Shown here one piece after another: positions 20,124 through 31,223 of a stretch of DNA of 64,000 bases. Source of the stretch: Marinospirillum sp. (GTDB taxonomy: Bacteria; Pseudomonadota; Gammaproteobacteria; Pseudomonadales; Halomonadaceae). The first letter of the stretch is position 1; every line of letters begins with the position of its first letter. A program made the translations under genes and the position numbers. The stretch covers positions 36,044 to 100,043 of the forward strand of contig NZ_DATESC010000008.1 of the NCBI RefSeq assembly GCF_035271045.1, written 5' to 3'. Under the pieces are notes generated by a model. That model was not told the origin of the DNA and ran no database searches. It saw only the letters and a list, made by a program, of their open reading frames with translations.

Positions 20124-20903
20124 TCAGCGGTTTTTCCATTGGGCAGTACGCTTCTCTAGGAAAGCCTGTACACCTTCTTTTTGATCTTCGGTATCGAATA
20201 GATCAACAAACAACTCACGCTCTAAACGCCAACCTTGTTCGTGGCTGCTAGATTCACGTGAATGCATAACCAGCTGCTTGCAAGACGCAATGGAGGAAGG
20301 TGACTGTTGGCAAGCCATTTCAGCTAGCTCTAACGCACGCTCTAAGGCTTTACCCTGAGGAACCACTTCTTCAACTAAACCAATTTCTAGGGCTTTATCG
20401 GCTTTAATGCGCTCGCCACATAAAATCAAACGCTTCGCCCAACCTTCGCCCACTATCCAAGGCAGGTTTTGGGTACCGCCAGCGCAGGGCAATAAACCTA
20501 CTTTTGCTTCAGGCAGTGCCATTTGTGCTTGTTCTTCAGCGACACGTAAGTCGCAAGACAGTGCACATTCCAAACCACCACCCATGGCATAACCATTAAT
20601 CGCGGCAATAGAAACACCACGGAAGTTGGTTAGCGCTTCAAAAGCTAAACCAAAGTGGCGTGCCATATCACGTGCCACGGCTTTATCGCCATCAGCAAAC
20701 TTGTTTAAATCAGCGCCAGCAGAGAAAAACTTATCGCCCTGACCCGTTATAACAAGCGCATAAATATCACGGTCTTCGTTTAAACCTTCAACTAGGCTTT
20801 TAAGGCCAGATAAAGACTCTTCGTTCCAAGTATTAGCCGGTGGGTTGTTAATAGTAACAACAGCTATGTGGCCACGCTTTTCATATTTTAATAAAGGGGT
20901 CAT
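20124..20903 (-). CDS. Enoyl-CoA hydratase (probable methacrylyl-CoA hydratase)
   Basis: FSAGADL, GYAMGGGLE, PEAKVGLLP, EGVQAFLEKR. Confidence 0.88.
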   Translation of the reverse strand: MTPLLKYEKRGHIAVVTINNPPANTWNEESLSGLKSLVEGLNEDRDIYALVITGQGDKFFSAGADLNKFADGDKAVARDMARHFGLAFEALTNFRGVSIAAINGYAMGGGLECALSCDLRVAEEQAQMALPEAKVGLLPCAGGTQNLPWIVGEGWAKRLILCGERIKADKALEIGLVEEVVPQGKALERALELAEMACQQSPSSIASCKQLVMHSRESSSHEQGWRLERELFVDLFDTEDQKEGVQAFLEKRTAQWKNR

Positions 20904-22069
20904 TAGTAGATTGCCTCCAAAACGCCTTCTTCAAGAATGCGACGCGCCACAATTAAACGCATCACCTCATTTGTGCCCTCTAAAATGCGATGTACACGCG
21001 TATCACGCAAGTAACGCTCTAGTGGGTAATCACGAATATAACCATAACCGCCATGCAATTGCAGGGCATCATCTATTATTTGGAAACAAGCATCGGTAGC
21101 AAAACGCTTGGCCATAGCACAATAAAGTGTAGCTTCTGGGTCGGCTTGGTCAAGTTTAAACGCAGCCAAACGCACCATTTGTCTAGCAGCAGTAAGGTCT
21201 GTTGCCATATCAGCAATTTTAAATTGTAGCGCTTGAAAATGTGCCAATTCTTTACCAAATTGCTTGCGTTCATGCATATAGTCACGGGTTAAGGTAATCG
21301 CTGCTTGAGCGGCACCCAACGAGCAAGTCGCAATATTAATACGTCCACCGTCCAAACCTTTCATGGCAAACTTAAAGCCTTCACCTTCTTTACCAAGCAA
21401 GTTAGCAGCTGGAACTCTTACTTTATCCAAGGTAATTAAGCGTGTAGGTTGACTATTCCAACCTAGTTTGTCTTCGCACTTGCCGTATTCAATACCGGCG
21501 GTTTTTGCATCCACAATAAATGCTGAAATACCACGAGCGCCTTCGTCTTGGCTGCCCGTACGTGCCATTACAATTAATATATCGGTACTACCCGCGCCGG
21601 AAATAAACATCTTCGAGCCTTCCAGCACATATTCATCGCCTTCTTTTACGGCTTTAGTACGCAGGCTAGCGGCATCTGAGCCAGCGCCGGGTTCAGTTAA
21701 GCAGTAGGAACCTAAAAGCTCGCCACTGGCTAGGCGAGGCGCAATGTCATCCGCGACCTTGGCCTGACCAAAGCTTGCTACCATCCAGCTCACCATATTA
21801 TGAATGGTGATATAAGCAGCGGTAGAAGGACAAGCAGCGGCTAATTCTTCAACAATAACACTGGTGTCTAAACGTGATAAACCCATACCACCGTGGCTTT
21901 CAGGCGTATACATACCACAAAAACCCATCTCACCCGCTTCTTTAATCACGTCAACAGGGAAAATATGCTCGGCATCCCATTGGGCGGCGTGGGGTGCCAT
22001 TTCATTCTGAGCAAAAGCTTTGGCAGCATCACGAAAAGCAACTTGGTCTTCGGTTAAGTTAAAATTCAT
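20903..22069 (-). CDS. Acyl-CoA dehydrogenase (isobutyryl-CoA dehydrogenase-like)
   Basis: YCLTEPGAGSDA, GSKMFISGAG, GWNSQPT, GLDGGRINIA, ILEGTNEVMR; second ATG (22069) has better RBS spacing. Confidence 0.88.
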   Translation of the reverse strand: MNFNLTEDQVAFRDAAKAFAQNEMAPHAAQWDAEHIFPVDVIKEAGEMGFCGMYTPESHGGMGLSRLDTSVIVEELAAACPSTAAYITIHNMVSWMVASFGQAKVADDIAPRLASGELLGSYCLTEPGAGSDAASLRTKAVKEGDEYVLEGSKMFISGAGSTDILIVMARTGSQDEGARGISAFIVDAKTAGIEYGKCEDKLGWNSQPTRLITLDKVRVPAANLLGKEGEGFKFAMKGLDGGRINIATCSLGAAQAAITLTRDYMHERKQFGKELAHFQALQFKIADMATDLTAARQMVRLAAFKLDQADPEATLYCAMAKRFATDACFQIIDDALQLHGGYGYIRDYPLERYLRDTRVHRILEGTNEVMRLIVARRILEEGVLEAIY

Positions 22070-22154
22070 TAGCATTCCTCTGAGGTTTTTTAATTATTTT
22101 TAGCTAGGCCACAAAAAACCAAGCACTCGCTAGGTATTACTAAAAATAACAAGA

Positions 22155-22172
22155 GTTGACGCTAACGTAAAT
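22155..22172. promoter_or_regulatory. LiuR-type operator between the acyl-CoA dehydrogenase and mmsR
   Basis: GTTGACGCTAACGTAAAT; on the minus strand gives TTTACG-17 nt-TATTTT promoter geometry. Confidence 0.75.
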
Positions 22173-22227
22173 TGACTAAATTGTGTACAAGATGGATTAT
22201 ATTGCGATCAAGATAAAGGAATTGCTT

Positions 22228-23109
22228 ATGTCACAAACCTCAGATTGGCCGCTTCCTGTTGGTAGTTTGCGCTACATCATTCCACAGCGCTTAATAAAAC
22301 TATTAGAAAAACACCCACTTACGCGTGAACTTTACCCTGTTTCTTTTGGGCATTATCAAAGGGCTAAAGGTCATACAATGGACAGAAGCCAGCATAAAGA
22401 CGAACTGCTGATTTATTGCACGGAAGGTGAAGCTGAAATAACGACTGGACAACAGAGCTTTCACCTAATCGCAGGTGATTTACTTTATTTACCGGCTGGT
22501 GAACCACATCGCTATGCAACACCCGACCACAACCCTTGGACGATCCATTGGGTGCATTACTCAGGTCCTTTAGCCAGCTATTTTCGTCAATACCTAGGCT
22601 TTAATGGCTTAAATCGGCGCATTAACTTAGGACGACAACCACGCTTATTGGTCGACTTTAACGGTTTACTTTCAGTACAAGACAGCGGTTTTCAAGAGCA
22701 GCCTTTAATTCATGCCAGCAACCGTTTACGCCAGCTACTTACAGCCTTACCTTTATCGCATAAACGCCCAAAAATTAAGCAGCAAATGGAGTTGAATCTC
22801 CCCCAATTACAACAACAAATGCGCGACAACCTTAACACTCGACTTGATTTGGATAGCCTTGCTGCAACAGCAAGATTATCAAGGTATCATTTTATCATGC
22901 GTTACAAGCAATTAACCGGCGAAACACCTATTCAGCATTACCTACACATGAAAATTGAACGCGCCTGTTACCTACTCGATACCGGCGAATCAAGCATTAG
23001 CAGTATTGCCGAACAACTGGGTTATGAAGATAGTTATTATTTTTCACGGTTATTTAAAAAAGTAATGGGCGTTAGCCCCGGAAATTATCGCCGTGTTAAC
23101 CGCTATTAA
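22228..23109 (+). CDS. mmsR: AraC-family regulator (MmsR-like)
   Basis: Cupin N-domain (HYQRAKGH, PHRY, WTIHWVHY) plus double HTH (LGYEDSYYFSRLFKK); divergent from the valine/isobutyrate operon; ATG 22228 has an AAGGA RBS. Confidence 0.75.
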   Translation: MSQTSDWPLPVGSLRYIIPQRLIKLLEKHPLTRELYPVSFGHYQRAKGHTMDRSQHKDELLIYCTEGEAEITTGQQSFHLIAGDLLYLPAGEPHRYATPDHNPWTIHWVHYSGPLASYFRQYLGFNGLNRRINLGRQPRLLVDFNGLLSVQDSGFQEQPLIHASNRLRQLLTALPLSHKRPKIKQQMELNLPQLQQQMRDNLNTRLDLDSLAATARLSRYHFIMRYKQLTGETPIQHYLHMKIERACYLLDTGESSISSIAEQLGYEDSYYFSRLFKKVMGVSPGNYRRVNRY

Positions 23110-23141
23110 AGAGTGCATTGTTTAAAAAAACAAACATTATC

Positions 23142-23159
23142 CTTTACGTAAACGTCAAC
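23142..23159. promoter_or_regulatory. LiuR-type operator overlapping the liuR promoter (autoregulation)
   Basis: CTTTACGTAAACGTCAAC; TTTACG-17 nt-TAGAGT promoter geometry. Confidence 0.78.
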
Positions 23160-23202
23160 CTTGATTAGAGTTAACAGAATTAGTCTTATGGAAGTATATA
23201 AA

Positions 23203-23661
23203 ATGAATAAGCAGGTGAAAGTTCGTACCTTCAGTATTAGCGAGCTAGCCAAAGAGTTTGATGTAACCACGCGAACTATTCGCTTTTATGAGCAACAAGG
23301 TTTGCTGAATCCTGCACGTCAGGGCCAAACCCGCATTTACAGTGCTCAAGACCGTGTCAGGCTAATGCTTACCCTACGTGGTAAGCGTTTAGGTTTTAGC
23401 TTGGCCGAAAGTAAAGAATTATTTGATATGCACGACTCAACGGCGCAAGGTAATGAAAAGCAGCTATTGTATATGCTGGATATTTTGTCAAAAAAACAAG
23501 CCGATATGCGCCAACAACTCAGTGATATTCAACGCTTGCAAGAAGAATTAAACATTGCAGAAGTACGCTGCCAAGATGCATTAAGCAAAGTGCGGTTAAG
23601 GGATCAAAAAAAAAATTCAGACAAACAACAATTAATACAAGAACAACGAAGAGTAGGGTAA
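23203..23661 (+). CDS. liuR: MerR-family regulator LiuR
   Basis: TFSISELAKEFDVTTRTIRFYEQQGLL, DRVRLMLTLRGKRLGFSLAESKELF; start ATG 23203, downstream of the predicted -10. Confidence 0.85.
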   Translation: MNKQVKVRTFSISELAKEFDVTTRTIRFYEQQGLLNPARQGQTRIYSAQDRVRLMLTLRGKRLGFSLAESKELFDMHDSTAQGNEKQLLYMLDILSKKQADMRQQLSDIQRLQEELNIAEVRCQDALSKVRLRDQKKNSDKQQLIQEQRRVG

Positions 23662-23741
23662 TAAATAACAAGTAGTACCCCAAGTTCTTACCCTACTGTT
23701 CAAAACCAACACACAACAAAGATAACATTAGAGGTGGGTTT

Positions 23742-25421
23742 ATGAGCAAGACGCTAAGCTATGTCAGCGGTATCAGTGATCGTCCTTTACTAGGAATGAC
23801 CATTGGCGATCTTTTCGATCAAACCGTTGCCAGCTTTCCCAATAATGATGCATTAATTTCGCGTCATCAGAACCTTCGTTACACCTACATCCAACTACAG
23901 CAAGAAGTTAACCGCTGTGCGCGTGGGCTTTTAAAAATGGGCGTAACCAAAGGTGAGCGAGTCGGTATCTGGTCGCCAAACAATGCTCAGTGGTGCATTA
24001 CTCAGTTAGCGACAGCAAAAATTGGTGCTATTCTGGTTAACATTAACCCTAGCTATCGCACCCATGAATTAGCCTATGCACTCAAGCATTCAGGTACAAA
24101 TACACTGATTCTTGAAGGTAAATTTAAGCATTCTCACTACGCTAATATGATTTGTGAGCTAGTGCCAGAACTCAACACCAGCATACCCAATAAGCTTAAC
24201 AGCGAAAAACTACCCGACCTGAAGCGAGTCATTTGTTTAAACGATGATTTAGCCGCTGAAGGTATGTACACTTGGTCAGACTTAATGGCGATGTACGATC
24301 AAGTGACTGAAGCTGAACTTAATGCCATTCAAGCTACACTACAGTTTGATGACCCCATTAATATTCAGTACACCTCTGGCACAACCGGCGCACCTAAAGG
24401 CGCTACGCTCTCTCACCACAATATTTTGAACAATGGTTATTTTGTGGCAGAAGGCATGGATTTAACCGACCAAGACCGCGTTGTTATTCCTGTACCACTT
24501 TATCACTGCTTTGGCATGGTTATGGGAAACTTGGGTTGCATTACTCACGGTGCAACCATGATTTACCCTTCAGACGGCTTTGATCCTGAAATAACCCTAC
24601 AAACCGTTGAAGAAGAAAAAGCGACGGCGCTTTATGGCGTTCCAACCATGTTTATCGCCGAGCTAGAACACCCCAACTTTGCTAACTATGACCTTAGGTA
24701 CCTACGCACAGGTATCATGGCTGGTTCAAATTGCCCCATTGAAGTGATGAAAAAAGTCATCGAAAAGATGAATATGAAAGATGTCACCATCTGCTATGGC
24801 ATGACTGAAACCAGCCCAGTTAGCTTCCAAACACGTATGGATGCGCCAATTGAAAAACGTGTTTCAACAGTGGGTACTATTCACCCTCATTTAGAAGTAA
24901 AACTGGTTAATCCTGAATCAGGTGAAGTTGTTGAGCGCGGTGAAAAAGGTGAGCTATGTACGCGCGGCTACAGCGTTATGCTGAGTTATTGGAACAACGA
25001 ACAAGCCACCAAAGAATCCATTGTTAATGGCTGGATGCACACCGGCGATTTAGCACAAATGGATGATGAAGGTTATGTTGCCATTACTGGTCGTATTAAA
25101 GACTTAATTATTCGTGGTGGAGAAAACATTTATCCACGTGAATTAGAAGAATTCTTCTATACCCATCCAGCCATTTCTGATGTTCAGGTCATTGGTATTC
25201 CAGACCAGAAATACGGTGAAGAAGTCATGGCATGGATTAAAGTTCACGAAGGTAAAACCCTTAACGAAGAAGAACTTAAAGCTTTTTGTGCAGGAAAAAT
25301 TGCCCACTATAAAGTGCCACGCTACTTTAAATTTACGCAAGAATTCCCGATGACAGTCACGGGTAAAATTCAAAAATTTAAAATGCGTGATTTAAGCATT
25401 GAAGAATTAGGTATACGTTAA
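23742..25421 (+). CDS. AMP-binding acyl-CoA synthetase
   Basis: [49 protein letters not shown]. Confidence 0.9.
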   Translation: MSKTLSYVSGISDRPLLGMTIGDLFDQTVASFPNNDALISRHQNLRYTYIQLQQEVNRCARGLLKMGVTKGERVGIWSPNNAQWCITQLATAKIGAILVNINPSYRTHELAYALKHSGTNTLILEGKFKHSHYANMICELVPELNTSIPNKLNSEKLPDLKRVICLNDDLAAEGMYTWSDLMAMYDQVTEAELNAIQATLQFDDPINIQYTSGTTGAPKGATLSHHNILNNGYFVAEGMDLTDQDRVVIPVPLYHCFGMVMGNLGCITHGATMIYPSDGFDPEITLQTVEEEKATALYGVPTMFIAELEHPNFANYDLRYLRTGIMAGSNCPIEVMKKVIEKMNMKDVTICYGMTETSPVSFQTRMDAPIEKRVSTVGTIHPHLEVKLVNPESGEVVERGEKGELCTRGYSVMLSYWNNEQATKESIVNGWMHTGDLAQMDDEGYVAITGRIKDLIIRGGENIYPRELEEFFYTHPAISDVQVIGIPDQKYGEEVMAWIKVHEGKTLNEEELKAFCAGKIAHYKVPRYFKFTQEFPMTVTGKIQKFKMRDLSIEELGIR

Positions 25422-25426
25422 TTAAT

Positions 25427-25455
25427 AAAAAAACGGGGCTTATGCCCCGTTTTTT
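25427..25455. terminator. Bidirectional intrinsic terminator
   Basis: AAAAAAACGGGGC-ttat-GCCCCGTTTTTT between convergent genes. Confidence 0.85.
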
Positions 25456-25484
25456 CTTTTATTACTAACATAACGATTAATGAC

Positions 25485-27134
25485 TCAACCGCGATACACC
25501 TTAAACTGACGACGAAGGTCATTAAGTATTGTGGTTGTTGCTTGCACCTGTTGACTGGCTACCAAAGACTGAGCCGCTTGAGCTGAGTTGGCTTCTGCCA
25601 AACGCGCAATCCCTTCAACAGTTTCAGCCACTTCCCGCGCAGCCAGAGCCTGCTCTTGTAAAATAGCTTGAATGTCTTGCGTTGCAAGCACTACTTTTTG
25701 CGTTTCACTTTCAATTTCAGCAACCGAGTGACCTGCACGTTCAGCCTTACTAACACCTTCACTTACTTGCTTAACACTGGATTGCATTTCTGCAACCGCC
25801 TCATCAGTACGCTTTTGAATCTGCTCAACCATATCAGAAATTTCACCCGTAGCCTGCTGAGTACGGCTAGCAAGCTGACGCACTTCATCAGCAACCACCG
25901 CAAAACCACGCCCATGCTCACCGGCACGCGCTGCTTCAATAGCAGCGTTCAATGCTAAAAGGTTGGTTTGATCGGCAATTTCACGAATCGTCGAAACAAT
26001 TTGACCAATATTGTTAGAAAGCATCTCAAGTTGTTGTAGTTTTTCAGCTGAGTTTTTCACGGTATCAGCAATGGTGGCTATTTCACGGGTACTGGCATAA
26101 ACCGCTTCAGCACCATAACGCGACACATCACCTGCTTTATTAGAGGCAGCATGAGCAACCGTGGCGCTATGGCCAATTTGTTCAACTGAAGCACTTAACT
26201 CTTCCAAGGCGGCCGCCATACTGGCTGAAGCAGTAGATTGCTCAACGGCACCTTTTTCTGTTTCATGGCTTGCTGCCAACATATCTTCAGCTGCATTACT
26301 TAAAAATTTAGTAGATTGGTTCATTTGAAAAACAATTTCAAACAAGCGGTTACGCATAATTTGTACAGCATTAAAAACACTACCAATTTCGTCGTCTTTA
26401 CCCATAGGCGCATCACCGACAAGGTTGCCTGAACCTATTTCTAAAGTGACTCTTTTTAGGTAATTAAGACGCGTTGTTTGCTGATGCATAATGATGTACT
26501 GCCAAATAAAAGCGACAAAACCACCACCAAATAAAAGTTTTAATATAGGTAGTAGTGCCTGCTCTACTTCTTTGTCAGTAATAGTAATAAACTGCCAAAT
26601 TGTAACTGTTGCCATAATCAATATTAAAAAGAACATTGGCATTAAAGAAGTAGGTGTCAGCTTAATATTTTTATAGTAATGGTTGAGCCGTGCAGCATAA
26701 CCTGGTAGATGGTAACCGCCTTGTAATTGATCGCGGCTTCCTTCACGCATCCGTTTATAAAGTGCTTCAGCATCGTGTACTTCTTGGTTGGTAGCTTTTA
26801 AACGCACACTCATGTAACCGCCATCAGCTAAAGGTGTTGCTGTTGCTTTCACCCAGTAATGATCACCATTTTTACGACGATTTTTTACCATACCTTGCCA
26901 AGCACGCCCTTTTTTTAGCGTTGCCCACATATCGCGGAAGGCTTCTGAAGGCATATCAGGGTGGCGAATAATATTATGGGGTTTACCAATTAATTCTTCA
27001 CGCGTAAATCCTGCATATTCAACAAACTCATCATTCACATAAGTAATCTGACCTTTAGCATCTGTATGAGAAATAATGGCACAGTTATAGCGTACTTCGT
27101 ATTCTTTTTGCGTCACAGATTGATTATTACGCAT
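25485..27134 (-). CDS. aer: Aer-type PAS-domain methyl-accepting chemotaxis protein
   Basis: N-terminal PAS ([22 protein letters not shown]), two close TMs, HAMP, MCP core [31 protein letters not shown]. Confidence 0.88.
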   Translation of the reverse strand: MRNNQSVTQKEYEVRYNCAIISHTDAKGQITYVNDEFVEYAGFTREELIGKPHNIIRHPDMPSEAFRDMWATLKKGRAWQGMVKNRRKNGDHYWVKATATPLADGGYMSVRLKATNQEVHDAEALYKRMREGSRDQLQGGYHLPGYAARLNHYYKNIKLTPTSLMPMFFLILIMATVTIWQFITITDKEVEQALLPILKLLFGGGFVAFIWQYIIMHQQTTRLNYLKRVTLEIGSGNLVGDAPMGKDDEIGSVFNAVQIMRNRLFEIVFQMNQSTKFLSNAAEDMLAASHETEKGAVEQSTASASMAAALEELSASVEQIGHSATVAHAASNKAGDVSRYGAEAVYASTREIATIADTVKNSAEKLQQLEMLSNNIGQIVSTIREIADQTNLLALNAAIEAARAGEHGRGFAVVADEVRQLASRTQQATGEISDMVEQIQKRTDEAVAEMQSSVKQVSEGVSKAERAGHSVAEIESETQKVVLATQDIQAILQEQALAAREVAETVEGIARLAEANSAQAAQSLVASQQVQATTTILNDLRRQFKVYRG

Positions 27135-27412
27135 AACTAAATGCTCCTAGATCAGTAATAAAGCTATACAAGAACTATACAGCAATAGCAAGCATTCTAG
27201 CCTAATACACAGGATGCACAAGTGACTCTTGCTGTTTTTAGCAATTAGTAAAGCAAAAGACTCATCGTAAAGTCAGCCTTAACCTGACAAACAAAGGTTA
27301 TTAATGCGTTTAATTAAGTAGTGACAAAAGGTCTACTTAATGGGTTGTTGTGTTCAAATAAAATAAGCGCTTTGAATGCAACAACCCATTAAAAAAGCAA
27401 GATTAAAAATAA

Positions 27413-28594
27413 CTAACTAGCCATACCACGTGCTAAATCAGCTTTAATGTCTTTAATATCTTCTAAACCAACCGATACTCGAATAAGTCCATCCGCTATT
27501 CCAACTTCAGCACGCGCTTCAGGGGTTAATCTGGCATGGGTTGTGGTTGCAGGATGCGTAATAGTCGACTTTGCATCGCCTAAATTACCCGTAATCGACA
27601 ACATTTGCGTGTTATCAATAACCTTCCAAGCCGCTTCTTTTCCGCCAACCATTTCAAAAGATAATACGCCACCAAAAGCACGCATTTGTTTTTTAGCTAA
27701 TTCATGCTGCGGGTGACTGGTTAAACCAGCATAGTGAACTTTGGCAACATTAGGCTGCTGCTCTAACCAACTCGCCAATTCTAAAGCGCTAGCAGAGTGT
27801 GCATCCATACGCAGGCGCAAGGTTTCTAGGCCTTTCAAAAACACCCAAGCATTAAAAGGGCTCATGCAAGGGCCAGCGGTACGCACCACACCAAAGACTT
27901 CAGCCATGTCTTTATCACTGCCCACCACAGCACCACCTATCATCCGGCCTTGGCCGTCTAGGTATTTAGTCGCCGAGTGAACGACGATATCGGCACCTAG
28001 CTGTAAAGGCAGTTGTAGCGCAGGCGTACAGAAGCAATTATCGACCACTAGGCGCAAGCCTTTGCTTTTTGCCAAAGCAGACAAAGCGCCTAAGTCCGCA
28101 ATTTCGCTTAAAGGGTTAGAAGGCGTTTCAACAAAAAGCAGCCGCGTTTTGTCGTTACAAGCCGCTTCCCAAGCCGCTAAGTTTTGTAGCTCCACAAAGT
28201 GAGTAGTAATACCAAAACGGTTCATCATGCGGCTAAACAAACCAATGGTGGAACCAAACACACTACGTGAACAAACGATTTCATCGCCTTGCTGCAAAAA
28301 CGCCATGCAAACCGATAAAATAGCAGCCATACCCGAACTGGTCGCTATCGCACGCTCACCACCTTCTAAAGCAGCTAGGCGATCTTCAAAACAACGCACG
28401 GTTGGGTTAGTAAAGCGCGAATAAATATTCTGCTCACCTGTTTCATTAGCAAAGCAATCAGCCGCATGAGCCGCTGATTCAAAAATATAACTGGAGGTCG
28501 TAAAAATGGGTTCAGCGTGTTCACGTTCAGCGGTACGCTGCTGGCCGGTACGCAATGCAAGTGTACTTAAACCCCAAGCTGTTTTATCTGTCAT
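27413..28594 (-). CDS. metZ: O-succinylhomoserine sulfhydrylase
   Basis: YSRFTNPTV, SSGMAAI, HSATKYLDGQGR, HPATTTH; downstream of purF. Confidence 0.92.
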   Translation of the reverse strand: MTDKTAWGLSTLALRTGQQRTAEREHAEPIFTTSSYIFESAAHAADCFANETGEQNIYSRFTNPTVRCFEDRLAALEGGERAIATSSGMAAILSVCMAFLQQGDEIVCSRSVFGSTIGLFSRMMNRFGITTHFVELQNLAAWEAACNDKTRLLFVETPSNPLSEIADLGALSALAKSKGLRLVVDNCFCTPALQLPLQLGADIVVHSATKYLDGQGRMIGGAVVGSDKDMAEVFGVVRTAGPCMSPFNAWVFLKGLETLRLRMDAHSASALELASWLEQQPNVAKVHYAGLTSHPQHELAKKQMRAFGGVLSFEMVGGKEAAWKVIDNTQMLSITGNLGDAKSTITHPATTTHARLTPEARAEVGIADGLIRVSVGLEDIKDIKADLARGMAS

Positions 28595-28597
28595 GCC

Positions 28598-30121
28598 TTA
28601 ATCCTCTGTTTCTGCCGAGCTGTCATTGTGTAGATCAATTGCACAGTCCGCTGAATCATTGGCATTGTTATTAACGTCACTGCGCTGCTTTTCTAAGTTA
28701 TTAAGGTAGGCTTGATCAATCCCACCCGTGATGTAATTGCCATCGAATACTGAACAATCAAACTGTTTAACGGCTGGATTAAGCTCTTTACAAGCATCAA
28801 TCAAGTCGTTTAAATCTTGATAAACCAGCCAGTCAGCACCAATTAGCTTACAAATTTCTTCTTCCGTACGTCCATGAGCAATCAACTCTTTGGCCGCTGG
28901 CATATCAATACCATACACATTCGGATAGCGAACCGGTGGTGCTGCAGAAGCAAAATAAACCTTATTTGCACCCGCATCACGCGCCATCATAATAATTTCG
29001 TTACAAGTCGTACCACGCACAATGGAGTCATCCACTAACAGTACGTTTTTACCTTTAAACTCCATATCAATGGCATTGAGTTTTTGGCGCACTGATTTTT
29101 TACGCAGCATTTGCCCAGGCATAATAAAAGTACGGCCAATGTAACGGTTTTTAATAAAAGCTTCGCGGTAGGTTATACCCAAATGCTGAGCAAGCTCTAA
29201 AGCAGAGGTTCGACTGGTATCAGGAATCGGAATCACCACATCAATATCATGATTGGGCATAACGCGCTTAATTTTTTCAGCCAACTTTTCACCCATCTGC
29301 ATCCGTGCATGATAGATATTAATGCCATCCATAATGGAATCTGGGCGTGCTAAATAAACGTGTTCAAAAATACAGGGTGAAAGCTGCGTTTTAGCCGCAC
29401 AAATACGGGTATGCAGTTGACCTTGCATATCTAAATAAACCGCTTCACCCGGCTGTACATCACGAATCAGCTCAAAACCAACAGCATCTAAAGCCACGCT
29501 TTCTGAAGCAATCATGTATTCAGTGCCTTGGCTGCTTTCACGCTTGCCAATCACAATAGGACGAATCGCATTAGGATCACGAAAGCCTACCAAACCATAA
29601 CCACTAATCATGGCTACAGCGGCATAACCCCCTTCGCAACGCTCGTAAAGGCGACTGATCGCTGAAAAGATGTCATCAGGCGTTAAACTCATGCCTTGCC
29701 TACTTAACTCGTGAGCAAAAACGTTAAGCAAAACTTCTGAATCAGAGTTGGTATTAATGTGACGTAAATCAGCACGAAAAACTTCTTCGCTTAATGCTTC
29801 TGAATTAGTCAAATTACCATTGTGCGCTAAAGCAATACCATAAGGCGAATTCACATAAAAAGGCTGAGATTCTGCTTCCGTTGCTGAACCTGCTGTCGGG
29901 TAACGCACATGACCTATCCCCATATTGCCAAATAGGTTTTTCATGTGGCGAGTACGAAACACATCCCTAGCCAAGCCGTTGCTTTTGCGTAGAAAAAAAC
30001 GCCCTTTATCACAGGTCATGATACCGGCGGCATCTTGGCCTCTATGCTGCAACACAGTCAGACTATCGAACAGTAACTGATTTACCGACTCATGAGCCAT
30101 AATGCCTGCTATTCCACACAT
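28598..30121 (-). CDS. purF: Amidophosphoribosyltransferase
   Basis: Start MCGIAG at 30121 (catalytic Cys2); [33 protein letters not shown]. Confidence 0.96.
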   Translation of the reverse strand: MCGIAGIMAHESVNQLLFDSLTVLQHRGQDAAGIMTCDKGRFFLRKSNGLARDVFRTRHMKNLFGNMGIGHVRYPTAGSATEAESQPFYVNSPYGIALAHNGNLTNSEALSEEVFRADLRHINTNSDSEVLLNVFAHELSRQGMSLTPDDIFSAISRLYERCEGGYAAVAMISGYGLVGFRDPNAIRPIVIGKRESSQGTEYMIASESVALDAVGFELIRDVQPGEAVYLDMQGQLHTRICAAKTQLSPCIFEHVYLARPDSIMDGINIYHARMQMGEKLAEKIKRVMPNHDIDVVIPIPDTSRTSALELAQHLGITYREAFIKNRYIGRTFIMPGQMLRKKSVRQKLNAIDMEFKGKNVLLVDDSIVRGTTCNEIIMMARDAGANKVYFASAAPPVRYPNVYGIDMPAAKELIAHGRTEEEICKLIGADWLVYQDLNDLIDACKELNPAVKQFDCSVFDGNYITGGIDQAYLNNLEKQRSDVNNNANDSADCAIDLHNDSSAETED

Positions 30122-30132
30122 GAAACTTTCAC

Positions 30133-30609
30133 CTATCTTTTTGAATAATTTTCTAAATGCCCGGCGGTCCAGTCGCGTATTTGCTCCATATATGGCATAA
30201 GCTTTGATTCTTGCCACATTGACTGTTGGCGCAACTCAGTTAAGCTAGCAATCGCTACCAATAACACAACAATGACAATGCCGCGGAATAAACCAAAAAA
30301 AACACCAAAAAATTTATCGACTGTTCCCAAACCAATTTTTTGAATCAGCGTACCAAAAGCACTGGAAAGTACTTTAGTCGCTAATAGCACCACCACGGCA
30401 ATAGCAACATAAGCCATGGCTAGCTGTATACCCGGCTCAGCAATCACCACCTCAAGGTGAGGTGCTAATTCAGGTCCTAATATGCGGGCGGCAAATAGAG
30501 CAACCAACCAACCGGCTAAAGAAATGGCCTGCTGTATAAAACCTTTCCAAAAAGCTAATAATACCGATGCACCAACAATGACCAAAATACCAATATCAAT
30601 GGCATTCAT
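30133..30609 (-). CDS. cvpA: CvpA (colicin V production) family membrane protein
   Basis: MNAIDIGIL...GFIQQAISL...[13 protein letters not shown]; conserved position before purF. Confidence 0.88.
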   Translation of the reverse strand: MNAIDIGILVIVGASVLLAFWKGFIQQAISLAGWLVALFAARILGPELAPHLEVVIAEPGIQLAMAYVAIAVVVLLATKVLSSAFGTLIQKIGLGTVDKFFGVFFGLFRGIVIVVLLVAIASLTELRQQSMWQESKLMPYMEQIRDWTAGHLENYSKR

Positions 30610-30632
30610 ACAAGGTCTCCTTAACCATAAAA

Positions 30633-31181
30633 TCAATCATTAACAGTGGGTAAACTACCCTGAACTTTTGCTTCATATTCAGGCACATAACGGGTTAACA
30701 AGGTTTTAAGCCCTTGCACTTGCAGTAGTTGATCTTGATCTTCTCGACCCTGCTGCTGGTCAATATAAGGACCAACAAACACCACTGTTAGGCTATTTAT
30801 TTTGCGCCAATACGCATGGTATTGCTGTTTTCCCAATTCACCGACCAAGCGTTTAGCGTTATCGGCATCACCAAAGGTAGCCACCTGTATTGTCCAAGCA
30901 TCAACACCCCCTTCAGGATTAAGCCTTAAACCTGAATCAATTAATGCTTTATTATCAGCGACAACCTGTTGTTTTTGCTGCTCAGTTAAACTGTCGGGTA
31001 ATATTGGTATTTTAGGTTTTTCAACATTGGACGTTATTGGCTTGGGTGGTTCTGGGGTAATTATTTTATCAGCAACGGGTATTTCTGGGCGCTTTTCTTC
31101 TAACAAAAAAGGCACAAAAATGACCGCTGCAGCAATCAAAATTACCGCACCTAATAAACGTTCTTTTAAGCCATAACGCAT
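30633..31181 (-). CDS. dedD: SPOR-domain cell division protein DedD-like
   Basis: KERLLGAVILIAAAVIFVP TM, Pro-rich linker, WTIQVATF...VFVGPY SPOR; between folC and cvpA. Confidence 0.8.
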   Translation of the reverse strand: MRYGLKERLLGAVILIAAAVIFVPFLLEEKRPEIPVADKIITPEPPKPITSNVEKPKIPILPDSLTEQQKQQVVADNKALIDSGLRLNPEGGVDAWTIQVATFGDADNAKRLVGELGKQQYHAYWRKINSLTVVFVGPYIDQQQGREDQDQLLQVQGLKTLLTRYVPEYEAKVQGSLPTVND

Positions 31182-31223
31182 AAAGCTGATCTCACGGTAC
31201 AAGCACTCACTAGGCAACAGTCA

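Noticed and set aside
30122-30217. 32-aa N-terminal extension of PurF in the ORF track
   Set aside because: PurF needs Cys at position 2 (MCGI at 30121); the extension overlaps cvpA on the same strand.
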